Below, piece by piece: positions 14,342 to 27,582 of a DNA stretch of 64,000 nt. The stretch spans positions 2,452,078-2,516,077 of the forward strand of contig NW_027248355.1 in the NCBI RefSeq assembly GCF_041260155.1, in the 5' to 3' direction. Under the pieces are notes generated by a model, which had not been told where the DNA came from, did not search any database, and saw only the letters and a list, made by a program, of their open reading frames with translations. The position numbers and the translations under genes are program-made. Position 1 is the stretch's first letter; each line of letters starts with the position of its first letter. The DNA is from Ptychodera flava (taxonomy: Eukaryota).

Positions 14342-14991
14342 GATCACTGCCCTCTCACCAAGATCAATATAAACTGTGACTGCTGGAGAGAATGTCATGA
14401 CCCCAGTTCTGTACTGAATGTGTTGGTCTGAATTGGAGTAAATAAAATGCAAACTTTTAGAAAGTCACACAAAAATTCTACCTCTGTTTTGTATATTTTT
14501 CAGGAATGTGTACTCGTTAGAGTTCCAAAGATGACTTCGAAGACTGATAAACAGTCACTGCGGCTGACTGGTATCGGATCAGAAAATAAACTTTTACTGT
14601 CGGGTTCCAGGACAAGGAGCCTCTTGACTGATGCAGGCTCACCTGGTGGCAAACTTACTACATCTTCTTTGAAGCTAAAGACATCTTCAGCCCGCACTCT
14701 GACAGCCACAAGTTCTCAGGGATCTACTGCATTGCTATCATCATCATTGTTATCTGGGAAAAGCAGGTCCCTGCTCCTTGGGAAATCAACGCTCAGTAGT
14801 TTTGTGCAGTCACCGTCAAAAGTTGACTCAGCTTCGAGAAAATTACCTGCAAAAAACAAAGACAAGGGAAAAAAGAAACATGAAGTGAGCTCGTCATTGA
14901 CGTCAAATCTTACTCTCAGCAGAACAAGCCATAGTGTCTCCAAGACCAGTGGTACACAGAAGGTCACGGACCGGACAAGTTTACTTTCAAA

Positions 14992-15345
14992 ATGAGTACA
15001 ACATCACCAAATCTTGGACTCGGTTTGACTTCAACGCTGAGTACCAAAAAATCACCAAGTATAGCCTCAGCCTCTGGTTCGAGGTTAACATCTTCCCCGT
15101 TACTGACCTCAACTCTACTGCGCTCCAAACAACCAGCGGTGAAAAAATCAAAGAAAGCTACCCACAATACATTGCCAACTGCAGCCAGGACAGACAGGGT
15201 ATATGCTGATTTTGGCATCCGGGAGTATGATTTCAAACTTGAGGATGGTGATCCTGAAGTCACTATTCCTGATTTTCTGGCACCGGATTTGGATGTGACA
15301 GTTCAGAAATCTGTAAAGCCAGTGAAAAAGATCAACGTCTTAAAG
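14992..15345 (+). CDS. TEP1: TEP1 ortholog, candidate first coding exon. ATG at 14992; peptide MSTTSPNLGLG...VKPVKKINVLK; donor GT at 15346
   Basis: 118-codon open frame ending at a GTTAGT donor in phase 0. The phase matches the next exon (18154, phase 0), which carries clear TEP1 homology. The N-terminal region is poorly conserved, so the start codon itself is uncertain. Confidence 0.55.
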
Positions 15346-15957
15346 GTTAGTGCTTTCCTGGGTACTGTGTTATTAAGGTAGAACACGCCTCAGGGACAGA
15401 TATTCAGACTCTGAAACGTTTACAATTCTATCAAATGATTGTCATATCTATTCATGTGTGTATTCAAATTTCCAACTGACAGGCGAAGTGCGTGAACCAT
15501 GTGCATTGCGATGTGCAGACAACGACATTGCTTTGCCCGTCACTTGGTAACGACTCTGTCACGGGTCACTTGTCTTGATCACGTGATTGATATTGAAGTA
15601 TGGTTGACAGCCAGAGACTTTAATGACTGTCTTAGGCATTGTACAAACTTACAATAATGGCAGGTATGAGAAAAGTGATATTTTTAGGTTTTAACGACAT
15701 TGACATTGATGAATCAATATGTGTCACAGGTTTTGATAGAATATTAACAACATTGTAATCACCACCTGTTGCACAAGGTCACGTGTAATACTTCTTTTGA
15801 TGAAAGGTATTGCTAATCTGTTCACCCCCAAGCGATTAATAAACAGGTCCACATGCACCATTGATAAGAATAGGTTTGGAGCAAACCATTGTGGTCGAAG
15901 GGTAAACATTCTGAGAGAATCACAATATACATTTGTAGGACATGTAATGCCTCTTTG

Positions 15958-16582
15958 GTTTTAATGAGAGCTAAAGTCAATTTTTGTCACTTTAATAAAA
16001 TATACTCCAGTCAATTTTTTCCCAGTATTTGCCAAACTTTTAATGCACAACTGTAGCCAATAAAATGTGGTGTCTATTTAATCCAAAATTGTCAAATAGA
16101 GAAAATTTCATAAAAATTGATAAAATGTTGCACTGAAAATTTGGGGGGAAAAAATTAAAGCGCGCAAGGGTTAACCAGCTTTAACTGATGGTGACTTGAC
16201 AGGATAAGGGTGTATATGTATATATGGATTCTACTTGGAGTTAGCAGTATGAGTTCCAAACATTAGTCTTTCAGTAGGAACAAAGGAGTCATATTAACCC
16301 TTTGAGTGCCAAGGTCTATTTTTGTCCTCTTTAGAAAATAAACCCCAACCAATTTTTCTCAGATTTTTGCCAAAATTTTGAGAAAAAACAGTAGCAAATG
16401 AAATGTGATGTCCATATGGTCCAAAATTATCAAAAAATTACAGACAAATTCATAGAAATATGTAAAATTTTGCACTAAAATTTTGGCGGGAGAAAAACAA
16501 AAACAGAAAAATTTGTAAAAATTGGTAAAATCTGGCACTAAAATTTTGGCGGGAAAAATTACAGCACTCAAAGTGTTAATGG
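15958..16582. mobile_element. Two MITE family B copies in the TEP1 intron (15958-16183 and 16297-16582)
   Basis: Shared internal sequence …aaattttggtgggaaaaattacagcactcaaagggttaa. Confidence 0.75.
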
Positions 16583-18153
16583 TACACTGTACTTTACTAT
16601 ACATAGTAACATGTTGTGGAACTGCATGTATTGTACAACAGATGTATGGTTTATATCTGCATGTAATTGCCTTTAAACCAGATTTTAGAGATCTACTGAA
16701 AACATTAAAACATGCGCTAGCTAATACTTATACCATAGGCATATGTTCAGTCTTTCAGCCTGTGGTTGAACCATATTTACTTCAAAGGCCAGTGCCACAT
16801 TGTTCTTTACTACAATCCAAATTCCATATGGCAGGACATTGAGTCACCAGGAATTGTCCCAACGTGACATCAAATATGTGGAAATTTTGGCGACCAAAAC
16901 AACCAAAAGCAGGGTGATTTAAGATGTTCAGAATGTAGGCTGTATCATTTACAATACGCGCTGTGTGAATATGGTTCCAGTGAATCTACAATGAACATGT
17001 ATGGTTGTGTGTTTTTCAAATCCTGTTAGCACCCTTCATGTACAAGTACATATGTACCGGTATGCCATACCAATGATATTTCATGTAGTAGAAATATTTT
17101 TTATCTGTCACTCGGCCATATTTTTGTAAATATTCAGGAATGTTTTTTTGACAGAAAGGAGTAAGTCATAAATAAATAGTGTTTCTTATTTGCCCTTAGG
17201 GCACTATGTCTGCCATCTGTCACTCAATGACAACTTCGTCAGACATTTTACAGTAAATACGATAACAAACGGTTCACAATTGATTTATAATGAACTACCA
17301 TAAAATCATCAATTTATCACATGGAATTACATGTATATTGACGTATTTCGTGTAAGTCCACAAATATGTGAAAATAAATTCACATGAAATTAGTTTTGCG
17401 CTAAACCGCAGCAAGTGGGTAGGGGTTGCAGTGTCTACAACTGAAGCAGGCACACAACCATGCTCTGTAAAACAACTTTTTCAGCTGGCATCCTTTTTCA
17501 GCTAATTTAAGAAAGTCGGTTGATTCGCTGATTTAAGATGCCGCTAATATTCAGGCATGCCCTAAATTTTCAATGGTTGGACATCCTTTTAGCTACATCA
17601 AAACGTAGCTGATTGTAATAAAAATCCAAAAACGGTAACAGTATGTGATCAATAGATAGACATTTTGAATTTCTGATTGTAAACTGATCTATTGTTTAGA
17701 AAGACATGAAAATATCACTCGTTAATTTTTTTACTGGTAACAGTGTAGGCACTTGGTGTAACACAAACGGGATAAAATAAAAATGTTTTTTTCTCTTGTT
17801 AGTGACACAGGAAAACAGTAAATCTTTTTTGACCTTTGACTTAGCCAAACCAACCACGAACATAAATATCCATGAAAGTGTGTGGCAGAGCTGATATACG
17901 AACTCAAATCCATGGATTGCAAAGTATAATGACTTTTTTGGAAAATCACTGATAAAATGTTGGCCAGGAGATAAAAATGTCAATAACACAGCTTAACTGT
18001 ATACGCATTTACGGTATACTGGGAACACTTTGCTTGTTAATTTACACGCTTTTAGATGATAAGAATGAACTTCATTAAGTCCTTCATGGTATGTATGCAT
18101 GTGTTTTGGAAAATTTGTTTTTAATTGCCATTGCAAATTTTTTTTCTCTGCAG

Positions 18154-18288
18154 ACGTCTTTCATAAATGGTGTGAGTGCGTCGTTGCTGGGCAGTCCAGA
18201 TTTCCATGAAAGCAGTGACGCAACAAGACGACGTTTGATGGTGTTGGCTGACCAAGTCATTGCATACGACCCAGAATTCATTCTGAAA
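18154..18288 (+). CDS. TEP1: TEP1 exon (TROVE domain start): TSFINGVSASLLGSPDFHESSDATRRRLMVLADQVIAYDPEFILK
   Basis: Acceptor ttttttctctgcag and donor GTGAGT. From memory, the motif 'EPEFILK' matches human TEP1 ('LALLEPEFILKASLYARQQ'). Phase 0 at both ends. Confidence 0.8.
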
Positions 18289-18589
18289 GTGAGTGTTCAC
18301 ATACTCGGGTACTTCTTACTCCAAATTGTGCATCACCTGTAAGCTTTCTTAATGATTTCATGATTATATTTATTTCTTTGAGAATTTTCTCAATCACCTC
18401 AGTGCTTTTCCCAAAGCAAATAAAGCAAAGTGGTCATATTGTTTACTATGGTAAAATAATAACCAGATATGAACTGAATATGCTCACGTGTTTTACAACA
18501 GGTTCATTAATAGTAGTACGCTTCACAGAACAATGAGATATATGTTATCACTACCGGTATATGTAGCAGGTTTTTTTAAACTTCGCACA

Positions 18590-20150
18590 GTACTCTCAGA
18601 GTTTAATCACTAATTACAAAACTTTATTTAATATGCAAATGAGCTGTCAATTAACTTGACACTGCTCAATGCTTTATGGGACAATTAGATATCCATCAGA
18701 TCAACATTTGTAGCACGTTTTATTTAATTTAATGCTGTAATTTTAGAGTAATGTCACTTATTACAAAGTTCATTAAATACGCAAATAAACCCCACATTAA
18801 CTTGACACTGTTCAATGATTCATAGCACAATTAAATATTTATCAAATCAATATCTGTAGCATGGTTCACCAAATTTTAGTGCCGAAATTTCAGAGTTATA
18901 TACCTAATTACAAAGTTTATTAATATGAATGCAAATGAACCCTTAATAACTTTATACTACTAAATGCTTTACAACACAGTTAGATATCTGTCGTATCAGT
19001 ATGTGCAGCAGTGTTCATCACATTTGATGCAGTTATTTCAGAGTTATATGACTAATTATAAGACTTCATGGAATATGCAAATGAGCTAATTATTAACTTG
19101 ACACTGCTCAATGCTTCTCAGTACAATTGGATATTTATCAGATCAACATCTGTAGCAAGTTTCATCAAATTTAATGCTTTAATTTTGGAGTAATATCACT
19201 AATTACAAAGTTTATTAAATATGCAAATGAACCCTTAATTAACTTCACACAAACTAAATGGTCTAAACCACAGTTAGATATCATTCAGATCAGTATCTGC
19301 AGCAGATTTCATCACATTTGGTGCAGTTATTTTGGAGTTATATCACTAATTACTAAACTTCATAAAATATGCAAATGACCTATTTGTTAACTTGACACTG
19401 CCAAATGCTTCTCAGTACAATTAGATATTTATCAAAACAATATCTGTACCCAGTTTCACTGACTTGGGTGCTGTAATTTCAGAGTTATATACCTAATTAC
19501 AAAGTTCATTAAATATGCAAATGAACCCTTAATTAACTTCACACTACTAAATGCTTTATACCACAGTTAGATATCTGTCGGATCAGTATCTGCAGCAGAT
19601 TTCATCACATTTGGTGCAGTTATTTTGGAGTTATATGACTAATTACAAAACTTCATAAAATATGCAAATGATCTATTTATTAACTTGACACTGCCCAATG
19701 CTTCTCAGTACAATTAGATATTTATCAAAACAATATTTGTACCCAGTTTCACTGACTTTGGTGCTGTAATTTCAGAGTTATATACCTAAGTACAAAGTTC
19801 ATTAAATATGCAAATGAACCCTTAATTAATTTCACACTACTAAATGCTTTACACTACAGTTAGATATCAGTCGGATCAGTATTTGCAGCAGATTTCATCA
19901 CATTTGGTGAAGTTATATCGGAGTTATATGACTAATTACAAACCTTCATAAAATATGCAAATGAGCTATTTATTAACTTTACACTGACTAATGCTTCTAA
20001 GTATAATTAGATATATATCAGATCAATATTTGTTGCAAGTATCATCAAGTTTGGTGCAGGAATTTCAGAGTTATCTCACAAATACCAAAAGTTCATTAAA
20101 TATGCAAATGAGAAGATAATTGACATGACACTCACAGTATCATCATAATG
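18590..20150. repeat. Satellite array with a ~293-bp higher-order unit (two ~147-bp subunit variants), about 5 higher-order copies
   Basis: The marker 'atgcaaatgaaccc' recurs at 18929, 19221, 19514 and 19808, spacing about 293 bp. The alternate subunit 'atgcaaatgagct' sits in between. Confidence 0.85.
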
Positions 20151-20395
20151 TTCTTAGCTTGTCATCTGTGAAAAGTTTCATGAAATTTTGTGCAGTACTT
20201 CTTGATATATGTCTACACTGTCATTACCGTCTCCATAGGGAAACCATTGTATGGAAAAAAACGATATTGCATAACTTCATTAATATGCAAGCCACACTAA
20301 CCAAAATCTAATCAGTTCTTGCAAGTAGCACATAGTACCTGTGTACCAAATCTGACTTGAATCTGTTCAGGCGTTTTTGAGTTATCGTGTAAACA

Positions 20396-20470
20396 GACAG
20401 ACAGACACACACACACACACACACACACTAACACACACACACACACACACACGGACAGACAGACAGACAT
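20396..20470. repeat. (GACA)n/(CA)n microsatellite followed by the palindrome ccacgtgtttacacacgtg
   Basis: Direct reading; it lies at the distal end of the satellite array. Confidence 0.85.
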
Positions 20471-22138
20471 CGCTATGACAATAGCCCACGTGTTTACACA
20501 CGTGAGCTAAAAAACATTAAAGGGACATAAGCTGTAACTTGTGGCAAGTTTTTCGGTATTCTGCTTCTGGATATCAACTACTGTGTCTGACTCTAATTCG
20601 TTTGTCATGCTGAAATTTTGAGAATTCTTTTTGTCAACACAGCTTGTACGTGTGTAGTGATCATTTTTTATTGTTCACAAATGAATTCTAGTCCGGACCT
20701 GAATACAATTTTGACCAATAAAAATGGAGATTATATTCATTTAGGTTGTGTTGATATGTTAAATACTTGGCATGAAGTTATAGTTCAGGTATTCAATGCA
20801 GAACGTGTAGGGAAACCACAAAACAAGTTCTGAAAGAATAGCCAAAAGATACAGCTCATGGAGCTTTAACATAGAAATTATTATAATTGATATTATATAC
20901 TTATGCAAATTAGCCAATGCACCATCACAAATTCATTGGAAGACCGTTGCAGCAACTTGATACATTTTCTTATTGTTTGTCTAGAAGGGGTATGTTGAAA
21001 GTGAGATACAATGTTCAAGCCTTTTCAGCAACAAAGAATCTGACATAAAATACAATACTTTTTTCCAATATTGCCTGTTCCTGTGTCTGGTTTCAGCATG
21101 AGTGTTATCTGTGCGGTGTCAGACACGAGATGAAGTCGAGTGTCTGACGCAGCACAAATGACATGACAGCTGATACGAAGAAGCAAAAGGCAATAATGTA
21201 ATAATGGATTTATCATATACACATGCCCAGAATTTTAGTATGAGTAACCTGAAATTTTAAGGCTTTGCTTTATAACGCCTTGCGCATAAATATCTAAATA
21301 TATGTGTGAACAGGCTTCATTCGTAAACAGTACAAAGATCTGTCAACATCACGCGCTACATCGCTGCAAGTCATCCATATCTCAATGAAACCCAAGAAGA
21401 AAGACACCGGGATCCAAAAATTGTCACACAGGAGGAACTTTTTTGCAGGGAGGGGGGTTGCCATTTCGATAGTTTACACTGAGATTTGCCATGTCAACAG
21501 GCGTCTCATGTACGGCGTTGCGGTCATGCCACGGGTTCACCACCTGTTCAGAGGTAGACCATGCTGTGCGAAGTGCAGAACGTTTGCTAGGTCTTGTCTT
21601 AAGTAAAAAATACAAGAACTTTTGAAAGAAAAAACCATGCAAAAGCATATTAAAACTCAACATGTTATTTCTTTATTTTTATAAGTATTTAGCAACCAGA
21701 AATATCCATGTTCCTCAAAGCCCTTCAAATTTTTACTGGCGACATGGCTTCGCAGGTGGAGAGTGGCAGCCATTTTGTTTGTTAACATTGTTTACCATCA
21801 AATTGCAAACGTTCATGTAGTTCGGGAACATTCCCAAATTTATGACGTTTAGTCTGCATATTTCAACGTGAAATATCACATCCACTATTTTATGGTAATT
21901 TAAATATCACCAGGATGAAGCGATATGGGCATGGATATATGATAATCAGTGTTGTAGTTGACAAATTAATTCTTGTCCAGACCAGAATTCAATAGTCAGA
22001 GTCTGCTTTTTGAATGACTTATTAAAAATTTTGCTCTAAACATGCCTCAATTTCAACCATTCTCTTGCACCAGTAAGAATACAAATCAGGGGTCACCATT
22101 CAAATTGTTGTGCCAGAGAAACAAATTACAAATGTAAC

Positions 22139-22338
22139 CCTCATTTAAAGGTATACAGTCACCTGTATTCTAAATATGCCCAAATATGGTCAAAGGAGCA
22201 TTCCTTGGCATTCAAACTGCCCATGTGAGGGCGCTGTTTTTAAAAAAGGGCCATCCTCTTAAAATCTGTGATTGGTTAGATTTTCTCTTTCCGTGGTAAC
22301 TGTGGCAAAATTGGAACAGGTGACAGTATACCTTTAAC
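22139..22338. mobile_element. MITE family E (~200 bp; TIR aggtatacagtcacctg…caggtgacagtatacct; TTAA-flanked) directly 3' of a partial family-A copy
   Basis: A second copy at 44766-44960 is also directly 3' of a family-A copy (44400-44765). Confidence 0.75.
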
Positions 22339-23994
22339 GATATTTGCAATAGCTCTGATTGTGATATCAGGTTTGTTACTAAATATAGCTGCACACACAC
22401 GACTACACTACTGCTTGAAATTAGGACTTATTGTTGCATGGGTGGCTGTTGTTGCAGCTTGTAGTCTAAGCCATCAAGTTTTAGTATCCCGTGTAACACC
22501 AGCTGGTTTTATTTTCATAATTCTTGCAGATAATAATATAATATGGACTTATGTTTATTTTTCAATATGAATGAAAGAAAAATGAGGTCATTTGCAAAAA
22601 AGCTGTCATCCGTTTGTTATTTCTGTTGAAAAAAAATGAGATATTTTTATTTTCACAAAAAATTAGATGGTGAAAACATCAATATACTCCAAAAAGCTTC
22701 AAACTGAGCCCGCATAAAAACTAGACCAAAATAGCATCTTAAAAATACTGTTTGTGTGAACTCATCAGAGCCATTAAATAATCAACATGTTGTGAGGTAT
22801 AGTAAAATTTTTATCTGTGTGTTAATCACTTAGAACTCTTTGGAAACATTTCATCTTCAGCTTCATTTACATTTAGTACCGAGAAACTACTGTACAGTAA
22901 AATTATGACAAAAATAATGAGAAAAGGGAGTGAACGGAAGATTAAGATTAGTATAAATGGACTATTGTGGTGGCTGCTGTCGACAGTGGGGCAATTAATT
23001 TTCAATTCAAACATCCCTGAATGCTTATAATGCATGAAGCTTGGCAGAGAGCAGTCTGCTTGTATTGTCATTGCTCAAGCAAGCTGTGACTCATAAAATA
23101 CTGTGTTTAAAGGGCCATTAATGCTAACGTTTGATGATATTTTCAATATTTTTGTTTTGTATCAATCGCAACGTCTTATTCTATTCCCCAAAGAATGTTG
23201 AAACACCTACACATGTACTATTTAGCTTGTCAACCTAGCGGGTTTTTTTGTAAAATGCATTGTTATTGTGTACATTTGAATTCTAGTCTGGACCAGAAGT
23301 CACTTTTCAACAATAACAATGCAGTCTGCACATTTATGTGCTGAGTTTACAAGCTGAATACTGTGTATATCAACATGCCTTGGGGAGTAGAACAAGGAAT
23401 TATGATGGACATTCATGGCAAAAATGGTGAAAAAATTATCAAAAGTTAGCATAACTGGCCTGTTAATCGCCATTTTCAATTCATGCAGTGGAATATTTCA
23501 TCTTCAGAAGACCAGTTCAAAAGCTAGAGTCAAACTCAATAGCTCCATCCTCTTTGAGAAAAGTAAATATATTTTCCAGTATTTCTGGTTTGTTCCAGAA
23601 AGATATGCTTCTTTTTCTTCCTGGACAAAATTATATTGAAGTGCATAGCTGTAGTATTCAACCAGTCAGCTATAGCCTGTATGTGTGTGCAACATCCTGT
23701 GCTATTGTTGACTACAGTCCCCAGGGACCATGTGTTTAACAAGTGACTTTTAATGTACACAATAATTTGTACATCAACAATGAAGTTGGATGCTGTCAAC
23801 AATTTTGTCCCCTTGATAAAATATAGCCCAGTCAATTTTTTTCCAGATTTTGCCAAATTTTGACAAGAAACCACAGCAAATGAGATGTGATGTGCATTTG
23901 GTCCAAAATTATCAAAAAATTAGCAAAAAGTTAATAAAACTTGAAAAATGATGCGCTAGTAAAGCCAGTCTGGTAACTGTGAACAAATACCCCC

Positions 23995-24215
23995 TAGGAC
24001 AGAGAATGGATTAACCCAAACCCCCAGAGTCCATAAAACCTTCACAGGGCATTGTTCAACATTCAACATACCGGTACTAAGGAGTCCATAACCCTGTAAT
24101 GGAGAATGGATTAACTTCAAACTTACCACACAGTCAATAACCCCTTGACAGAAAATGGATTTCCTCCATGTACCGGTACTACAGAGTCCCTAAACTCTTG
24201 ACAGAGAATTGATGA
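23995..24215. repeat. ~60-bp tandem repeat (…acagagaatggattaac…ccataaaccc…), 3-4 copies
   Basis: Direct reading. Confidence 0.6.
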
Positions 24216-24277
24216 ACTCTTTGAGTGCCACAGTCAATTTTTGTTGCCTCTATAAAATAAACTCCAGTCAATTTTTT

Positions 24278-24950
24278 TCATGTTAGTCCCCACAGACATC
24301 GTCCGGGGGGACTTATAGGTTTGGTCATGTCCGTGCGTCCGTCCGTGCACGCCCATATCTCAGAGATGCCTTGAGCGATTTCATTCAAACTTGGTACAAG
24401 GATTACTTCATATGTCATACAGATGCACATCGATTTGTTTCGTGATACGATCCAATATGGCTGCCAGGCGGCCATTTTATTACGATTTTTTCATATTCAG
24501 AGCAATAACTCAGGCATGTTTCAACTGATTTTATTCAAAGTTGATACAAGGACATTGACCAATGTCATAGATATGCACTCTAATTTTTTTGGTGATACGA
24601 TCAAATATGGCCGCCGTGCGGCCATTTTGTTACGATTTTTTCATGTACAGAGCCATAACTCAGGCATATCTCAACCGATTTTATTCAAACTTGGTACAAG
24701 GACATTGACCTATGTCATACATATGCACGTCAATTTGTTTTGTGATACGATCCAATATGGCCGCCAGGCGGCCATTTTGTTACGAATTTTTTCATGTACA
24801 GAGCCATAACTCAGGCATATCTCAACCGATTTTATTCAAAGTTGGTACAAGGACATTGACCTATGTCATACACATGCACATCGATTTGTTTTGTAATATG
24901 ATCCAATATGGCCGCTGTGTGGCCATTTTATTACCTTCTCGTGTCTATTT
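24278..24950 (+). mobile_element. Composite element copy 1: conserved head (ttagtccccacagacatcgtccggggggacttataggtttggtcatgtccgtgcgt(ccgt)n…cagagatgc) followed by a 150-bp satellite array (~3.4 units, 24440-24945); no tail found
   Basis: The head is near-identical to the heads at 39466 and 27583. The satellite unit is the same as at 39600-41335 and 30425-30775. Confidence 0.7.
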
Positions 24951-26939
24951 ATAGACAGAGAAGGTATTAGAGTTGAAAACCAATATGCTGCTGTCAAGAA
25001 CTTCCGTCTGTCAAGACTTCCGTCTGTCAAGATCCGTTGACGGCATGCCATTGTGATGGGTCATATCATAAACTGGTGGGGGTGTTCATGGCTCAGGTTG
25101 AGGTGTGGGAGAACGATTTTGAGCTATGACAAAAATCAAAAGGGACTTAGCGGCATAGCCACAGTGTTAAGCCTTTCTCCAAGGTTTCTTAGTTGACTAC
25201 AATCTATTACAGACTACTGAGCTGACGTTAGGGGTACTCACTTTGTGTGTGCTCACTCTGTGAGCGCTAGTGTTTGGTACTGAGTTGCGTGGATATCCCC
25301 TCATGGCCTCACGTGATCTGGGCCTGTTGCATAATCTGCAGAGATGATCATATGCCTCCGAGTCTGAAAACTGTCATTGTGTAAGCCTGTCGGCATTTTC
25401 CTTGCATTTTTTCTCATTTAATTTTGCAAAATATCGGCGAGTACCTCAATATTTCAAGATAACCCTTTCTTCCCAATCGTTTCCTGGAGTTTCAGAGTCA
25501 TATGAACGAAAATGAGTGAAAGTTTTAGACAGGAAAATCGGACGTTGGCCGGCCATGTTCAATGTTTACAGTACAATCAGAAGTTTACGTGGAGGAATTA
25601 ACCAACAAACACAGGAGTGTTCATGATGGCCGCCCTCTAGAGGCAGACCCTCCTATATGAAGTACCACATTTGATGCTTGTGGAAAGCTTGACCACACAA
25701 TGGAGCATTTAAACTTTTAGAAAATGACAAACTGAATAAGAAGGTATTCAGAAAATGTTAAATACTGAGGAAAAATGCGCAAATATTCAAAATAAACAGG
25801 TTAACTGATTGGTCAGCTATAAAAAACAATGAAAATGTTTATGATCAAAAGTTTTTGAGATGCGCACATTTTAACAAATACAGAAATTATTAACATTATA
25901 AATATAAGACCAAACTATTTTTTCAGGGATGGGACAGGTTGGAAATGAGGGTGAGAGACAAAGGCACTCCTATTGCTGCATGTGGATGCAGCCACACCAT
26001 TTCATTTACAGCATACTTATTCACTGTGTTGTGTTCAAGTTCCATATTGTACTGACTCACTGTCATACAAGGATAACATAAGCAAAGCAAATCAAATTAG
26101 AAAAGGATCAATGCTGTTGTGTGGATTTTGCTGAACATGGCTGATATTTCGCCCTATATATTTGGTATCCAGCAAAGGCATATTTTGATGTAAAGTCAAA
26201 ATTAACACTACATTGCTGACAATATATTTTACCGTTTCTGCATGAATTTTTCTTTTTTAAATTATAGTATATTAGTACTTCAAACAGATTAACAGTTATC
26301 GTGATGTCAACCCATAATTTTACATCACAAAGACTGTAATTCTGCCAACTTTTTTTGTTTTTCAGTCATTTTATAAATTTTGCACTGCACAAGATGATTG
26401 AACAAATTGCAATGTTTGAATTTGTAAACTCAAAGAATAAAAATCCTTTGGTCACAAATTAAATTATTTTTTGAAAAGAAATTTACTCTTAAACACTTTT
26501 AGCATATATTCTTTACACGGTCATGTATTTCAAGGAAAATATGCCTATTAAAAACAGTAATTTCTTCACTTTCAATTTTTTTTCAATACTATGACAATTA
26601 TCAGCCATGAGGTTATACAAACACAAGACCAGATAGGCGTTTTTCATCATTTCCACAGGACTCTTTGGAAAATCCATTAAAAACAGTTAAAAGTGACTGG
26701 AAATGATCACTTGGTATACATTTAATTTACAGATGCCAGGTTGTGTATTTCACATGCACTCAGGTCAGTAAGGAAGTGCGTCATTACTTATTTTGGGCTG
26801 TTAATTCTTATTTCTGAATTGTTTAACTTTTTTCCACATTGAACTATCTTTAGGCAGTTTATACAGTAGCTTAGAATTTTTTTAGCTCCCATAGCCATAT
26901 GTATATATGGCAATGGAAGCTATTCTTATAGGCTAGGGA

Positions 26940-27042
26940 AATGTCTGTATGTATGTATGTCTGTATGTCTGTATGTCTGTACGTCTGTATGTCTGTATGT
27001 CTGTATGTCTGTATGTCTGTATGTCTGTCCGTCAACATCAAA
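26940..27042. repeat. (TGTCTGTA)n 8-bp microsatellite, ~11 units
   Basis: Direct reading. Confidence 0.9.
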
Positions 27043-27582
27043 AACTCCAAAACCGCTGTACATTTCATCTTGATATTTGGTGTGTACACGGATGATGGGC
27101 TGTAGATGAGATTTTGTTCAAATGAAGTTGTCATTGCCAAAAATATGCAAATTAAGTGAAAAAATGTAAAAACAGTCAAAATTGAAAAACTCAATAACCA
27201 CTGAGCAGATTACATGAAAAATTAGCATGTAAGTACTTTGGGCTGACATGAAATGATTGTGCACATCTTGGGTCAGTATCTTGGACTTGCTATTTTTCAT
27301 GAATTTTTTTGTAATTTTCTCCCATTTTTGGTCAAAAATCTCCTGCTCTGAAACCACAAGTCCGATTGATTTGAAACTTGGTATGGAAGTGCATAGAAGT
27401 GACCTTTCCCAAATTTGGGCAAATCGTGGTGAAATTTGCATATTTTTAGTTTACACGTCCATAGACTCCCATGTATAAGGCAGATCTCCATAGACTCCCA
27501 TGTATAAGGCCACGAAAAATAAAAATTTAGTTTCTCATCGTATTCATATTGCAAAAAGGATGCAGTGACACAATTTTTAGTC

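Noticed and set aside
14500-15263. Minus-strand ORFs (69, 83 and 99 aa) antisense to TEP1 exon 1 and to the S/T-rich region
   Set aside because: Low-complexity sequence gives open frames on both strands. The plus-strand frame has splice-phase and homology-context support; the minus-strand frames have none.
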